43,716 nucleotides of DNA, from NCBI GenBank assembly GCA_052055015.1, contig JBQJIT010000044.1; one strand, given 5' to 3'. The stretch's first letter is position 1. Every line of letters starts with the position of its first letter. Below, in pieces: positions 10,441 to 21,481 of this stretch. Under the pieces are notes generated by a model, which ran no database searches, was not told where the DNA came from, and was given only the letters and a program-made list of their open reading frames with translations. The position numbers and the translations under genes are program-made. The stretch comes from Malassezia furfur (lineage: Eukaryota).

Positions 10441-11185
10441 ATGGCTGAGCTGTTCGAGTCGTACGCGTCCGACTTTGCGCAGCTGCTGCGCTCCGTCGAG
10501 GACAGGCTTGGAGCGGATTTGAGCAAGCTCTCTGCGACTACGCGGAATACCACCCTGCAGCATGCTGAGTCCGAGGCCGAAGAGGCCCACGACCTCCTCG
10601 TGCAGATGGAGATCGAAGTGCAGTCGTTTCCGCAGAGCGTGCGCGAGCGGTACGCGGGTGAGCTGCGCAAGCTCAAGTCGCAATACGACAAGCTGCGGCG
10701 CGAGCTGGTACGTGACGCACCTAACCCAAGAAATCGCACACCCAAGCAGGGAAGGGTGCGGGCGGCCTCCCGGTCGATAATTACACCGACAACGACGTTG
10801 AGTCGGGCGAGGCACCGTCGCAGCGGCAGCGGCTCCTCCAGGGCACGTCGCTGCTCGAGAACGGCACGGAGCGCCTCGCAGCGTCGACGCGCCTCGCACT
10901 TGAGACGGAGGACATTGGCGCCAACATTCTCCAGGACCTGCGCAGCCAGCGCGAGCAAATTGAGCACAGCCGCGATACGGTACGTTGCTACCAAACTAAC
11001 GTGCGCAGCTGCATGGTGCAAATACGCATATCGACCGCTCGTCGCGCACCCTGCAGCGCATGATCCGACGGTAGGTATCCATCTCATCCTAACGCAGGGC
11101 GCGTCAGCAGAAGCTCGTGACGACCGCGATCATCGTGGTACTCGTGCTACTCATTCTTCTCATCCTTTATTCCAAGCTGTTTTAG
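10441..11185 (+). CDS. VTI1: Qb-SNARE Vti1 (introns 10708-10730, 10980-11008, 11071-11097)
   Basis: MAELFESYASDF; QMEIEVQ; QRQRLLQGT; RLALETEDIGANILQDLRSQREQI; C-terminal TM anchor IIVVLVLLILLILYSKLF*. Confidence 0.93.
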
Positions 11186-11226
11186 GACCCCCCGCCGTGT
11201 CCCACGGCGGGCCTGGTAGACATGAT

Positions 11227-11232
11227 CACGTG
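11227..11232. promoter_or_regulatory. CACGTG E-box upstream of creC
   Basis: ATCACGTGG in the 81-nt VTI1-creC gap. Confidence 0.5.
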
Positions 11233-11266
11233 GCGCGATTGATACCTGCTCCGTGCGTTGTCGACG

Positions 11267-13133
11267 ATGTCCGATCCGAGCAGCTATAGCCAGATCCGTA
11301 CACCGGAGGGAACCTATGTGTGCACCGATTGGGCAAATGCCGTGCTCAACCGCAGCGCGGCCCAACATGGTGGAAATGTCGCACAGGGCTCCGAGCAGCC
11401 CACGCACCCGCACCTGCTCAGCTCGCGCATCAACAGCAACTGGGAGCCCGCGCGGGTAATCTCGGTGCCGATCCGCCTGCCCAACACACGGGGACGTACC
11501 GAGACGCAGTACTCTGGATCGGTACTGGATCCGACGCAGGTCGCGCAAGGCATTGATGCGGATCCCGCGGAGTACCTTGAAATTGGCGCGGAAGGCGAAC
11601 CGGCGCAAGTACACGGGGAGCATTTTCGCGGCCTACTGCGCGGGATGGGCGTGCTTTCCCCCCGTCCGTCGCGTCCCAAGTCCGGGATGAAGACGAGTAA
11701 CAGCACATTTGTGACGCGTGTCAACACGTCATCCGACCTCGGGAAGCTTCTGGCGCAGCGCACCGAGCCGATCACACTCACGTTCGTCCTGGCGAGCAAG
11801 ACGCTGATGTGGTACGCCAACATCGGCCCGCGCATCCGTGAGCCGGTTGCGCGTGTGACATTCTCGACGGCGCCGACGTGCATCGACGTTAACCAGTTTA
11901 CCCGCAGCGCCGAGCGCCTCGATGTGATCGTAGGCTTCAATTCGGGCGACCTGATTTGGATTGATCCCGTGTCGCTCCGTTACTCCCGCATCAACAAGGG
12001 TGGCACCTTGAGCGCCTCGGGCGTGCGCCAGGTGCGCTGGCTCCCGCGCAGTGAGTCGCTCTTCCTCTCCGCACACATGGATGGCTCGGTGTTTGTCATG
12101 GACCGCGACCGCGAAGACACGGCGGCGAGCAGCCAGCGCCCAGATCCCGATGCGCGCTGGGACTACAACCGTTCCTTGTTTGTTTCGCATCCTCAGGATG
12201 TCCTCGGGGAGGAGGGGGCCGCCACCGGTGGCTGGTGGCCGTCCAAAGGCAAAGACGGCGCGAGTGGGCAAATGAACCCGGTGAGCTACTGGCGTGTGTC
12301 GAAGCGCGCCGTGACGGATTTCGCCTTCTCACCCACCAACACCCAAGTCGCCATTACCGCCGAGGACGGCATTCTGCGCATTGTGGATGTGGACTCGGAA
12401 ACGTACGTGGCACCACTCACCCAGCCTCGTCCGCTCCTTCGCCTCCTACTTTGGTGGCTTTACGTGTGTAGTCTGGTCGCCCGACGGCCGCCTCGTGCTG
12501 ACCGGCGGTCAGGACGACCTACTGACGCTCTGGGCGCCCCACGAGGGGCGCATCGTCGCACGCGCGCAGGGTCACCGCTCGTTTGTCACCGCTGCGGCGT
12601 TTGATCCCTGGTACACACGCGGCGGCGAAGACGAGTACCGATTCGTATCGGTCGGCGAAGACTGCTGTCTGTGCCTGTGGGACTACTCACCCACGGCGCT
12701 GCAGCGCCCACGCGCGTTTGCGCGCGGCGCACATGCCGTGCGAGGCGATGCGTACGCACTGCATGCGTCGCCGTACGATGGCCACGACGTATTTGTCCCC
12801 GCCGCGTACTCCGCTGAGGTCGCCACCTTCCAGCCCACGGCCCAGGCCAAGGTGCCTGGCGCGATGCTGACGGGCCTGCGTGTGACGCCCCGCGGCTTCT
12901 TGCTGCTGCACGCTGACGGCCAGCTCGACTGGCTGGCGCGGCCGCAGCGCCCACGAAGGATGACGCTGGCCACCGACTTGAATGCGGATCAGCTTGCCAG
13001 TGCCGATGCCGACGACAGCGCCGAAATCAAGAGTCCCTCGCGCGGCGGCGGGCTTGCGCTGCCGTTTGGCCGCGGCCTTCCGGGCCTGCGCAAGCGGAAC
13101 AGCCAGGCGTTGAATGGCGCAGCGGCATCGTAG
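11267..13133 (+). CDS. creC: WD40 protein CreC/WDR20 (intron 12403-12424)
   Basis: PTCIDVNQFT...LDVIVGFNSGDLIWIDP; NPVSYW. A 22-nt intron restores ET|LVRSFASYFGGFTCVVWSPDGRLVLTGGQDDL; ARAQGHRSFV...FDPW; YRFVSVGEDC. Confidence 0.9.
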
Positions 13134-13160
13134 CGTATACCCACTATCTGCGCATGGTAT

Positions 13161-13620
13161 CTATGCACGGCGCTCCCCTGGGCGCAGCATGCCACGGACA
13201 CGGATGCCCTTTTGCACACGCGGCCCCCAGCCGCGCACCTTCTTCTTCTTCTTGACGTCGTAGGCAAACGCACGCGGGTCGCCGCCCTGGCGGTATTTCT
13301 CGAGCGCCCACAGGAGGTACTTGCGCTCCTGCACCGACACGCCCTCGCCCTTCAGCTTCTCCGAGGTTAGGCGGAACATTGCGTCCCAATCCTCGCCCAC
13401 GGCGTTCACACACGTCGAGCTTTCGGCGAGGTTGCGGCGCGTCTTGGAGATGGCCTCGAGGAAGGCCTTCGGCGTATTGATCGAGCCTGCGTTAAGATGC
13501 ACACATACCCCTTGGTGCAGGCACGGGACGCAGCGCCGCCGTGGACGCAAGGCGCAGCGTGCCCGGCAGCGTGCTCGCCAGCGCGCGCGGCGCCGAGGCG
13601 CCCAGCAGTTGAGCGAACAT
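13161..13620 (-). CDS. FYV4: Mitochondrial small ribosomal protein mS41/Fyv4 (IGR domain; intron 13487-13508)
   Basis: Presequence MFAQLLGASAPRALA...RPVPAPR|GSINTPKAFLEAISK; WDAMFRLTSEKLKGEGVSVQERKYLLWALEKYRQG; KKKVRGWGP. Confidence 0.85.
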
Positions 13621-13633
13621 GGTAGACGGTAAG

Positions 13634-13643
13634 ATCACGTGAT
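13634..13643. promoter_or_regulatory. Palindromic ATCACGTGAT E-box upstream of FYV4
   Basis: Perfect 10-bp palindrome inside a 29-nt intergenic gap. Confidence 0.55.
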
Positions 13644-13649
13644 GATACA

Positions 13650-15398
13650 CTACGCGACGGGCGGCGGCTCGGTCTGGTACGCACGGATCGCCGCGAAGAA
13701 CGACTCGAGCGTCGTCAGCATGGCCCGGACCACGAGCACATGGATGTTATGCGCCTGAATAAAGCGGATCAGAGCCGACATGCCGTGGACAAGCCAGGTA
13801 GAGACGTTGCGCCAGACGCCAAAGCGCTGCTCCACATGGTGCAGCGTCGCACCCACCATGCGAACCAACAGCCGCACCTGATCGGGCAGCGGCGATCGCT
13901 TGACGGCACGCGCAAACACCTCGGACAAATGCGTGACGTTGGGGTAAGTACGCTTCGACTCCGCGGGGGCGTGCGATAGTGCGAGCGACTGTGGTGCGTC
14001 CTGCCGCGACAACGCCAGCGTCGCCGGCGTCTGGGTCAGCCGACGCACCAGATCGGCCGACTCAGAGAGCAGGTACTGGAGCGGGAGACCTCCATACATG
14101 CTGCGCCCACCACCTGCAGAGGGGGAGAAGGGGAACGGCGAGCGCGAAGGCTGCTCTTCGCACTCGCGCAGCCACTCATTCACTTCCGACTGCGGCTGCG
14201 GAGAGACCGGTGTGTAGGTACGCCGGTTCGCGGCAGAAGTAGGGGTATAGGGCGCGCCATGATGCTCATTGCGTGATATCTCTTGTTCGGGGGCGGCACG
14301 GATGCGTCTCTGTGGTGCATCGTATAGGATGCCGAACGTATGGCAGAACATCGCCATGATGAGAAGCGTAATGCGCATCATGACCACGGCCATGCCCACC
14401 ATCATGGGGATGGCATAGTTCTCCGACAACACAGTGAGGCGATGCTCCATACGACGCATAGCAAGCTCGCGCGGTGGCGGCTCGCGATTGAGGCGCTCGA
14501 TGCCTTGCTCGAGCTTGGCGCGTATGGCATTTCGGTGTGCGCGGCTTAGGTTCCCTTGGTTCTGCGTGCGGACCGAGGACAACATCGAGTCGAGCGACGC
14601 AAGGTACTCGTCCAATGCCACATCTTCCTGCCGCTTTTCGCCTCGCTCCTCGCGGATAGGCTGCATGGGCCGTTCGGTAGCTCGCGAGCGCTGCCGGTAC
14701 TGCCGATGGCGTGCGGTAGGCATAGGTGCTTTGTCGAGCCCCTCTTCTTGCGTTGAGAGCCACACACGTGCAGAGCGGTACAAGCGCCGTATCGTGGGCT
14801 CAGACGGCGCGCGCAGGCCGTCAGGGGCACTGGTGCTGGGGCGGAGTGCGCTGGGTATAAGACGATTTTCCTGCCTGGATGTCATGTGTGCCTCGTTCTG
14901 CAGCTGTGGTACATAGTCCCATGTATCAGGGATGTCGTCCTGCGATGCTCTACCGGCACGCATTGGCGTCTGCGAGCGCGACGCAGACCATACAGTGCGT
15001 ACCATCGTAACAAGCGACTGATACTCGTGTCTTTCTTCATGATCCACGATTTCGGCCTCGGATAATCGTGCGGGGAGCGATTGGCTGTATGGCATACCCA
15101 TGAAACCGTCATCCTCATCGGCTTGTCCACGCTGTAGACCAAATCCTCGGGTTATCCACTCCTTCCAAGGGCCAGAACTTGAACCTTCATTGGGTACCTC
15201 GGATGGTGCCTCCCTGTGGTGCACTTGCCGGTCTGACCAGTGGGACATTTCCTCTAATGGTACATCTTGTGAATGCAAAAAGTCGTGGTCAATTTGGTCC
15301 ATGTCTGTCAGAGCCCGAAAACGACCCAACATTTGCTGCAGTCGTGGCGACGCCGCCGAGGGGTCTTGCGGCATGTCGTTGGTCCGTGCGAACTCCAT
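13650..15398 (-). CDS. Hypothetical protein (582 aa, one central hydrophobic segment)
   Basis: Long uninterrupted ATG ORF that exactly fills the gap between FYV4 and the PAF-AH gene; no family recognised. Confidence 0.7.
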   Translation of the reverse strand: MEFARTNDMPQDPSAASPRLQQMLGRFRALTDMDQIDHDFLHSQDVPLEEMSHWSDRQVHHREAPSEVPNEGSSSGPWKEWITRGFGLQRGQADEDDGFMGMPYSQSLPARLSEAEIVDHEERHEYQSLVTMVRTVWSASRSQTPMRAGRASQDDIPDTWDYVPQLQNEAHMTSRQENRLIPSALRPSTSAPDGLRAPSEPTIRRLYRSARVWLSTQEEGLDKAPMPTARHRQYRQRSRATERPMQPIREERGEKRQEDVALDEYLASLDSMLSSVRTQNQGNLSRAHRNAIRAKLEQGIERLNREPPPRELAMRRMEHRLTVLSENYAIPMMVGMAVVMMRITLLIMAMFCHTFGILYDAPQRRIRAAPEQEISRNEHHGAPYTPTSAANRRTYTPVSPQPQSEVNEWLRECEEQPSRSPFPFSPSAGGGRSMYGGLPLQYLLSESADLVRRLTQTPATLALSRQDAPQSLALSHAPAESKRTYPNVTHLSEVFARAVKRSPLPDQVRLLVRMVGATLHHVEQRFGVWRNVSTWLVHGMSALIRFIQAHNIHVLVVRAMLTTLESFFAAIRAYQTEPPPVA

Positions 15399-15470
15399 CT
15401 TGCGCAGACAAGGATTGCAATGCGGGTCCCTGGTCCTACACCAATCACAGCGGACCTGTCAGCTTTACTC

Positions 15471-15494
15471 CACGTGGTCAAAGGTCACCACGTG
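15471..15494. promoter_or_regulatory. Two CACGTG E-boxes in the orphan/PAF-AH divergent promoter
   Basis: CACGTG at 15471-15476 and 15489-15494. Confidence 0.55.
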
Positions 15495-15548
15495 AAACGC
15501 ATGCGTAAAGTCAATAGGGCGAGACAATTCTGCTCCTTCCGGATAGCC

Positions 15549-17924
15549 ATGAGGCTGCAGTCGTATCATGGTCCCTTTGATGTGGGCATTGTCGACCTTG
15601 AGACGACCGTGCGGAAGCCGCGCGACTTTATTCCGGGATATATCGATCCGATCAATTTGAACAAGCTCGTGCGCGGAAACAAGAAAGTCAAGCATCGCCG
15701 TGCTGCGAAGATCTTGGAGCAGATTCGCTCGGGCCAAAATGACCCGATTGAGCAGGAAGTGAACGAAAATGATACAGAGGAGGTGAAGAAGGAGCGCGAA
15801 GCTGAGACCAATTACCTCGAGGAGCACGGCTTGCATCTGCGTAATGCAACGCTGCATTTCCGCACTGTGCTCATGGCGATCTACTATCCGACGTCAGATC
15901 TGCCGAAACATACACTCAAACGATACCCCCGCTCAAGCTGGTTGGGCAGGTATGTTGCACTTGAATGACACTTACACAGACCCCTGAAAAAGACCGCGCT
16001 GGTTGCCTGGAAGTACATGGGCCAATACGGCTCCATCGCACGCACCTTTTTCCCGGCTTTGATGACCATGTGTCGCGCATGGTTGCCAGCCCATGTATGT
16101 GCACCATTCGGCGATCCAGCCAAAGTATCAGCAGAGAAAGAGAAGCAGCTTCCGAACGACCACCGTGCCAAGGCATCCCATACCTTCCCCGTGGTGTTCT
16201 TCTGCCACGGCCTGGCCGGTAATCGCCTGGCATATTCGTACGTGCTGTACTGACGCAGCGAATTCTGTGGGAATCTCGCCTCCAATGGCTTTGTGGTAAT
16301 TGCGATCGAGCATCGCGACGGGTCAGGCCTGGGCAGCTATGTATGGTCCGGGGTCGATTCGGTGCTGCGCGCAAACGAGTCGTCAATGAGCGAGAAGGAC
16401 CGAGAGCGCCTCCGCAAGGCACTTTCTCTCGGGGCTTCTGAGTCGATCATTGACCTGGCGCAGCAGAACGCGGACGGCGAGGAAGCCAAGGCCAAATACG
16501 ACCCCTTGTGCGACTACGCGGCTGTACCATACCTGCCGTTCGAGACACTAGGATTGGCGCCATTCATGGCCAAACAGGGAGAGAAAGAGATGGCACTGCG
16601 CCGTGCACAGCTGGCGATGCGCGCAGCTGAGATCAAGGAGGCGCTCCATGTGATCCGGCGCATCAATGCGGGCGACTGCGAGTGGCTTGCGTCTGTACAT
16701 ACCCGCAGTCTTGGGTCGGCGCTATGCGGTGCCAGGCGGTTCCGCAAAGCGCGCAAGCATCTATCGATCCCCCATTGCAAAGACTTTTTCGCGCCGTGGA
16801 AAGGCAAGCTCGATCTTGCCTTCCCGACGCTTGCTGGACACAGTTTCGGTGGTGCGACATTGATCGAGTTTTTGCGCACGGAACAGACAGACTTTCCCTA
16901 CGGCATTGTGCTCGACCCCTGGATGGAGCCTGTGCGCGACCCGGCAGAAGACGAGTCGGTGTGCGGTAAGCTGGATAAGCCGGTGTACGTGATCAACTCG
17001 GAAGGCTTCAGCATGTGGCGCGACCAGTACAACAAGCTGATGCGTGTCTTGGTGGACGCCGTGACGACGAACCGCAACAACCGTGGCTGGCTCATGACGC
17101 TGTGTGGGTCGAATCACACCGACTTTAGCGACCTTCCTTACCTCTTCCCGCGCATCTTCGGCTCGGCACTGACGGGTCCACAGTGTGTGCGGACCTTTGC
17201 GACGCTCACCATGGAGCAAGTCCTTTTGCTGCGCGAGCAAAAGCACCTCTTTGAGATTAAGCACGGCGACATTCCCGACGACCTCGGTGGCCTGAAGAAC
17301 GAGATCCACATGGGCGGCATGCACTATAACTCCAGCCCAGAATACCCGCGGCCCTCGAAGCACTTTCTCAAGAGCTTCCAGAAAAACGTTTTACGCATCC
17401 GCACCACCCAAAATACTAGCAAGTCCTTCTTCTGGGAGCTGCGTGGCTGGCGCAAGCATGCCGAGCGGGATCCCAACACACGCGCGTATCGCCAGCACCG
17501 ACGCTTGCTTGCGCGGCAGATCGAGCATGCAGCTCGCGAGGAACAGACGCGTCAGCGCGAACGCCGCGACTCGATGGTTGTCTCTGAAACGGCGTCGCTC
17601 CCCGAAATCCAGGGACTCGCGGAGATCCGGCAACAGATTGTCGAGAACGACGGGCGTCGCGCGAATATGGACGAAGCGAATTTCGACTTCAAACCGACGT
17701 TTGTCGATCCCATCGATGACCGCGATGCGGGGTGCCAGAACCCATGGGAAGGCACCGTACTAGACTCGGATGCGCGCGTCGTGTACGATGAATGGGCGAA
17801 AAATGCCGCGGCATACGTGCGCAACCACTATCGTCCCACGTCGCTTCTTACGCTCGTCCTGTGGTACATGGGCGCACGCGAGGGCCTCGCACCTGCTGGC
17901 CACCTTCTCGTACATACACTGTAG
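15549..17924 (+). CDS. Platelet-activating factor acetylhydrolase II-like alpha/beta hydrolase (introns 15950-15979, 16238-16258)
   Basis: YHGPFDVGIVDLE; IYYPT; WLGR|P; FPVVFFCHGLAGNRLAYS|EFCGNLASNGFVVIAIEHRDGSG; nucleophile elbow GHSFGGAT; LDPWMEP; INSEGF; HTDFSDLP. Confidence 0.9.
16238..16258 (+). other. 21-nt spliceosomal intron
   Basis: GTACGTGCTGTACTGACGCAG: donor GTACGT, branch CTGAC, acceptor CAG. Contains an in-frame TGA; removal restores the PAF-AH motif. Confidence 0.9.
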
Positions 17925-17934
17925 TTACAGAGGT

Positions 17935-18710
17935 CTATTTCAGCAGCGCTTCCGTCACCGTGTCGTCCGAGATCTGGCCCACGCGGTCGTTGCGGTAGTC
18001 GAGCCGGTCGAGTACCTCGATCACCTTGCTCCGCTCAAAGCCCTGCGTCCGTCAGCGGGGACACGAACCATATTGACGAAGCGCGTAATGTCGGCATCGC
18101 GCAGGCCGTGCTCCTTGGCCACATCCGTAGTCTGCGGCGGATCGGCCGCAGCGTACTTGTGCGTCCACTCCCGAGCCATCTGCTCGTAGGAGGCGAAGTC
18201 GCTCGTGTAGTGCTTTGCCACCTCTGCGTCCTGCGGGTCGCTCGGCTCGGGCGAGCAAAGCAGCGACCGCAAGGACATCAGCGTCGATTTGAGCGTATAG
18301 ATGGGCGTCCACTGGTCTGGCGGTCAGTGCGGCCACACGCACCTTTGAGAATGTCGAGGCAGATGGCGCCGCTCTGCGACGAGACATTCGGGTGGTATAC
18401 CTGCATGAGCATGTCGCCCTGACGCACCTTGGAGATGAAGCGCATCTGCAGTGGCTGGAATGGGTAGCCCTCGGGCACGACAATGTCCTGCGTGAGCCGT
18501 GGCGAGGCCCGGCGAACGTACCACCTTGAACAGCCCGTCCTCGAACGGCGAGCTCTCGGGCCCCGGAAAGGTGCCGATCAGATGAAAGGGCGATTCTGAT
18601 GAGTACCAAGACTGCGTACCATCCACCATCTGCACCGCGATCCCATCGCTTTTGTCGCGCTCGCACGCCGCAATCTCGCGCATCACACGATTCAACCGCG
18701 CATTCGCCAT
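17935..18710 (-). CDS. UBC1: Ubiquitin-conjugating enzyme E2 Ubc1/UBE2K with C-terminal UBA-like domain (introns 18596-18619, 18488-18521, 18401-18427, 18317-18342, 18043-18068)
   Basis: [82 protein letters not shown]...EALLK*. Confidence 0.95.
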
Positions 18711-18724
18711 ACTTAGTGGAGGTT

Positions 18725-20354
18725 CTACGAAGACAAGAAAGTGGCCGCTACGTTGCGGCGTTGGATCTTGCCGGTGGCGCTGCGTGAGTGCGATGGGAAC
18801 GTACGTTTTCGGAATGCTGTCAGTGATAAAGATCTTGGTCGGGATCTTGAACTTGATCAGCTTGCTCGAGAGCGCCTCTTGAATCGCAGCCTGGTCCAGC
18901 TGGGCGTGGCTGTCCAGCACGACAGCGGCACCGACCAGCTCGCCGTACATCTCGTCAGGCATGCCGAACGACACCGCCTCCTTGATGCCCGGCACGGCCA
19001 GTAGTGCACTGTCGATTTCGAGCGGGCTGATCTTCTCACCGGAGCGGTTGATCAGCTCCTTGATGCGGCCCGTCAGCACCAGGTTGCCATCCTCGTCCTT
19101 GCGGCCCTGGTCGCCCGTGCGCAGGAACCCATCGACGTCCGGCGGGTTGCCGAACTTGGTGCGGAAGAAGCTGTCACGGTTCGCCTTTTCGTTGTTCAGG
19201 TAGCCCGGTGTGACGTTCTTGCCCCGCACACACACCTCGCCGTCCTGGCCCTGGGGCAGCTCCTCGCCCTTGTCGTTGAGAATGCGCACCTCGACGCCAT
19301 GTCCGATGCCGACGGTGCCCGGCTTACGCTTGCCCGGCGGCAGGCAGTTGGAGCACATCTGGTGCGCGGCCTCCGTCATGGCGTACGCCTCCAGCACCGG
19401 CACCTGCAGCGCCTCTTCCAGCGCGGTGAACGTCGAGGGCGACAGCGACGACGAGCACGAGCGCACGAACCGCAGCTTCGGCAGCGGGTTCGGCTTGTCG
19501 AGGCCGAGGATGATCTGGTGGATGGTCGGCACTGCGGTGTACCAGTTGGCCTGTGCGTCGACCAACTCCTCCCAGAACACCTTGGCGCTGAACCGCGGCG
19601 GAATCACCACGCTACCCCCGCCAAACAGCGCCGACAGCAGACCGCACACGAGGCCGTGCACATGGAAGAGCGGCATGACGAGGTACGTCTTGTCCTGCCC
19701 AGAGAGGTCGTACGTGCCGCGGATATTGTGCATCGACGTGACGAGGTTCGTGTGCGTGAGTGGCACAGCCTTCGGGCGGCCGGTCGTGCCTGAGGTGTGC
19801 AGCACGAGCGCGGTGTGGTCCGGCGATGCCGTCGACGTTTCGGCGACCGGCAGAGGTCCGTTGGCATCCTGCAGCCAGATCTTGGCCTGCTGCACATCGA
19901 GCACCGCTTCGACAACGCGCACGTTGAGCGCCTTTGCCGCGGCGACTGCTGCGCGTGCACCCTCCGACACGCTGGCAGGGTCGCTGAGCGTGCCACTCGG
20001 CACGACGAGCAGGTGCGACTTGGTGTCGTCCAGGTAGAAGGTCACTTCCGACTCCTTGTAGTTGGGATTCAGCGGCGCAGCAACGAGGCTGCATTAGTAC
20101 ATCACGTACCCCTGCTCGGCCGTTGCCAGGAACACGGCAACAAACTCGGCGTTGTTGATCAGGCTGCTGCTCACTGCCGTGCCTGGGGCCAAGTTGAGCG
20201 CGGCCAGTTGGCCCTGCACGTGCTTCACCATGCCCTCGAGCTGCGCAAAGGTGAACTTGGCTGGCGTGCCGGACGAGGCCGGGAGCTCTATGGCCAGTGC
20301 CTGTGCGTCGTAGCCCGCGCGCGGCGCAAACAAGGTCGAGCTAAGGGTCGTCAT
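18725..20354 (-). CDS. PCS60: Pcs60/Fat2-like acyl(oxalyl)-CoA synthetase (introns 20089-20109, 18780-18804)
   Basis: G|LVAAPLNPNYK; AMP-binding LVLHTSGTTGRPKAVPLTH; MPLFHVHGL; WYTAVPTIHQ; RSCSSSL; EAYAMTEAAHQM; RTGDQG; GRIKELINRSGEKISP; PKT|ATGKIQRR; stop TAG 18725-18727. Confidence 0.92.
20089..20109 (-). other. 21-nt spliceosomal intron
   Basis: GTACGTGATGTACTAATGCAG; in-frame TAA; removal restores GLVAAPLNPNY. Confidence 0.9.
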
Positions 20355-20377
20355 GGGGGTGGGAACGAAGGTACCCC

Positions 20378-20388
20378 GCTGACTCAGC
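20378..20388. promoter_or_regulatory. bZIP (Gcn4/CpcA/AP-1-type) site in the PCS60/NNR2 divergent promoter
   Basis: GCTGACTCAGC, an extended pseudo-palindrome around TGACTCA, in a 68-nt gap. Confidence 0.45.
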
Positions 20389-20422
20389 CGTGCGCAGGGA
20401 CCACCTGTCCCGCCTCTGCAAC

Positions 20423-21386
20423 CATGGCCCAGCGTTCCTTGCTCCAGCAGGCGAAGGCCATCATCTCCCCGCTGCTCCCCGAGTTCCACAAGGGACAGGC
20501 GGGCCGTGTCGGAATCCTCGGCGGCTCGCGCGAGTACACCGGCGCGCCGTTCTATGCGTCCGTGTCGAGCATGCGCCTGGGGTGCGACATGTCGTTTACG
20601 TTCTGTTCGCCCGAGGCGGCGCCCGCGCTCAAGACCTACTCGCCCGACCTGATCGTGCAGCCGCTGCTCGATCCGGAAGAGGACGTCGAGGAAGTGCGCA
20701 AGGCGTTCCGCGGCACCTTTGAGCGCCTGCACAGTCTGGTCGTGGGCCCTGGCCTCGGTCGCGACCCCAAGCTTCAGAACCTCGCGCGCGTGGCCATCGA
20801 AGAGGCGCGCGCCGCGGAGCTCTATCTCGTCGTGGACGCCGACGGGCTGTGGCTCGTGCAAAATGACCCTAAGACCGTGCAGGGCTACAAGCGCGCGGTG
20901 CTGACCCCCAATGTGGTCGAGTTTGGCCGCCTGTGCGACGCAATGGTACGTCTTTGGCTCACGCAGAACATCGACCGCAAGGACCCCAACAAAACGGCAC
21001 AGCTCCTTAGCGAGGCGCTCGGTGGCGTCACGATCCTTGAAAAGGGTGGCGTCGACCGCATCGCGACGCCGACCGAGGTCGCCATCTCCGACATCGAGGG
21101 CGGCCTGAAGCGCTGCGGCGGCCAGGGCGACCTGCTCAGCGGCACGCTCGGTACCTTTTTGGCATGGGCGCAGCGCTACAAGGAGCGCGGCCTTACTGAG
21201 ATCCCGGAGGAGCGGCTGACGCTCGTTGCAGCGTATGGGGCCTCGAGTGTGACGCGCATGACATCGCACATCGGCTTTGAGCGCATGGGCCGCAGCATGC
21301 TGACCCACGATTTGCTCGCCGACATCGGCACGGCGTACGACCGGTAGGTTTGCACCCACTTACCAAGGCTTTTTGAAGAAAAGTGA
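20423..21386 (+). CDS. NNR2: ATP-dependent (S)-NAD(P)H-hydrate dehydratase (introns 20946-20966, 21344-21367)
   Basis: HKGQAGRVGILGGSREYTGAPFY; YSPDLIV; VVGPGLGRD; VVDADGL; LTPNVVEF; KRCGGQGDLLSG. Confidence 0.93.
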
Positions 21387-21481
21387 TGCGGAGCAGACAC
21401 ACCGGCTCTGATGCGGCTCTGTGCCCACACCGCTCGCGCAAGGCATGTCATATGCTTGTCTCGTAGTTGTGTCTGTAAAAC

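Noticed and set aside
9129..11087. 652-aa PDK with a long N-terminal extension
   Set aside because: The extension is the antisense of VTI1; the real start is ATG 10349.
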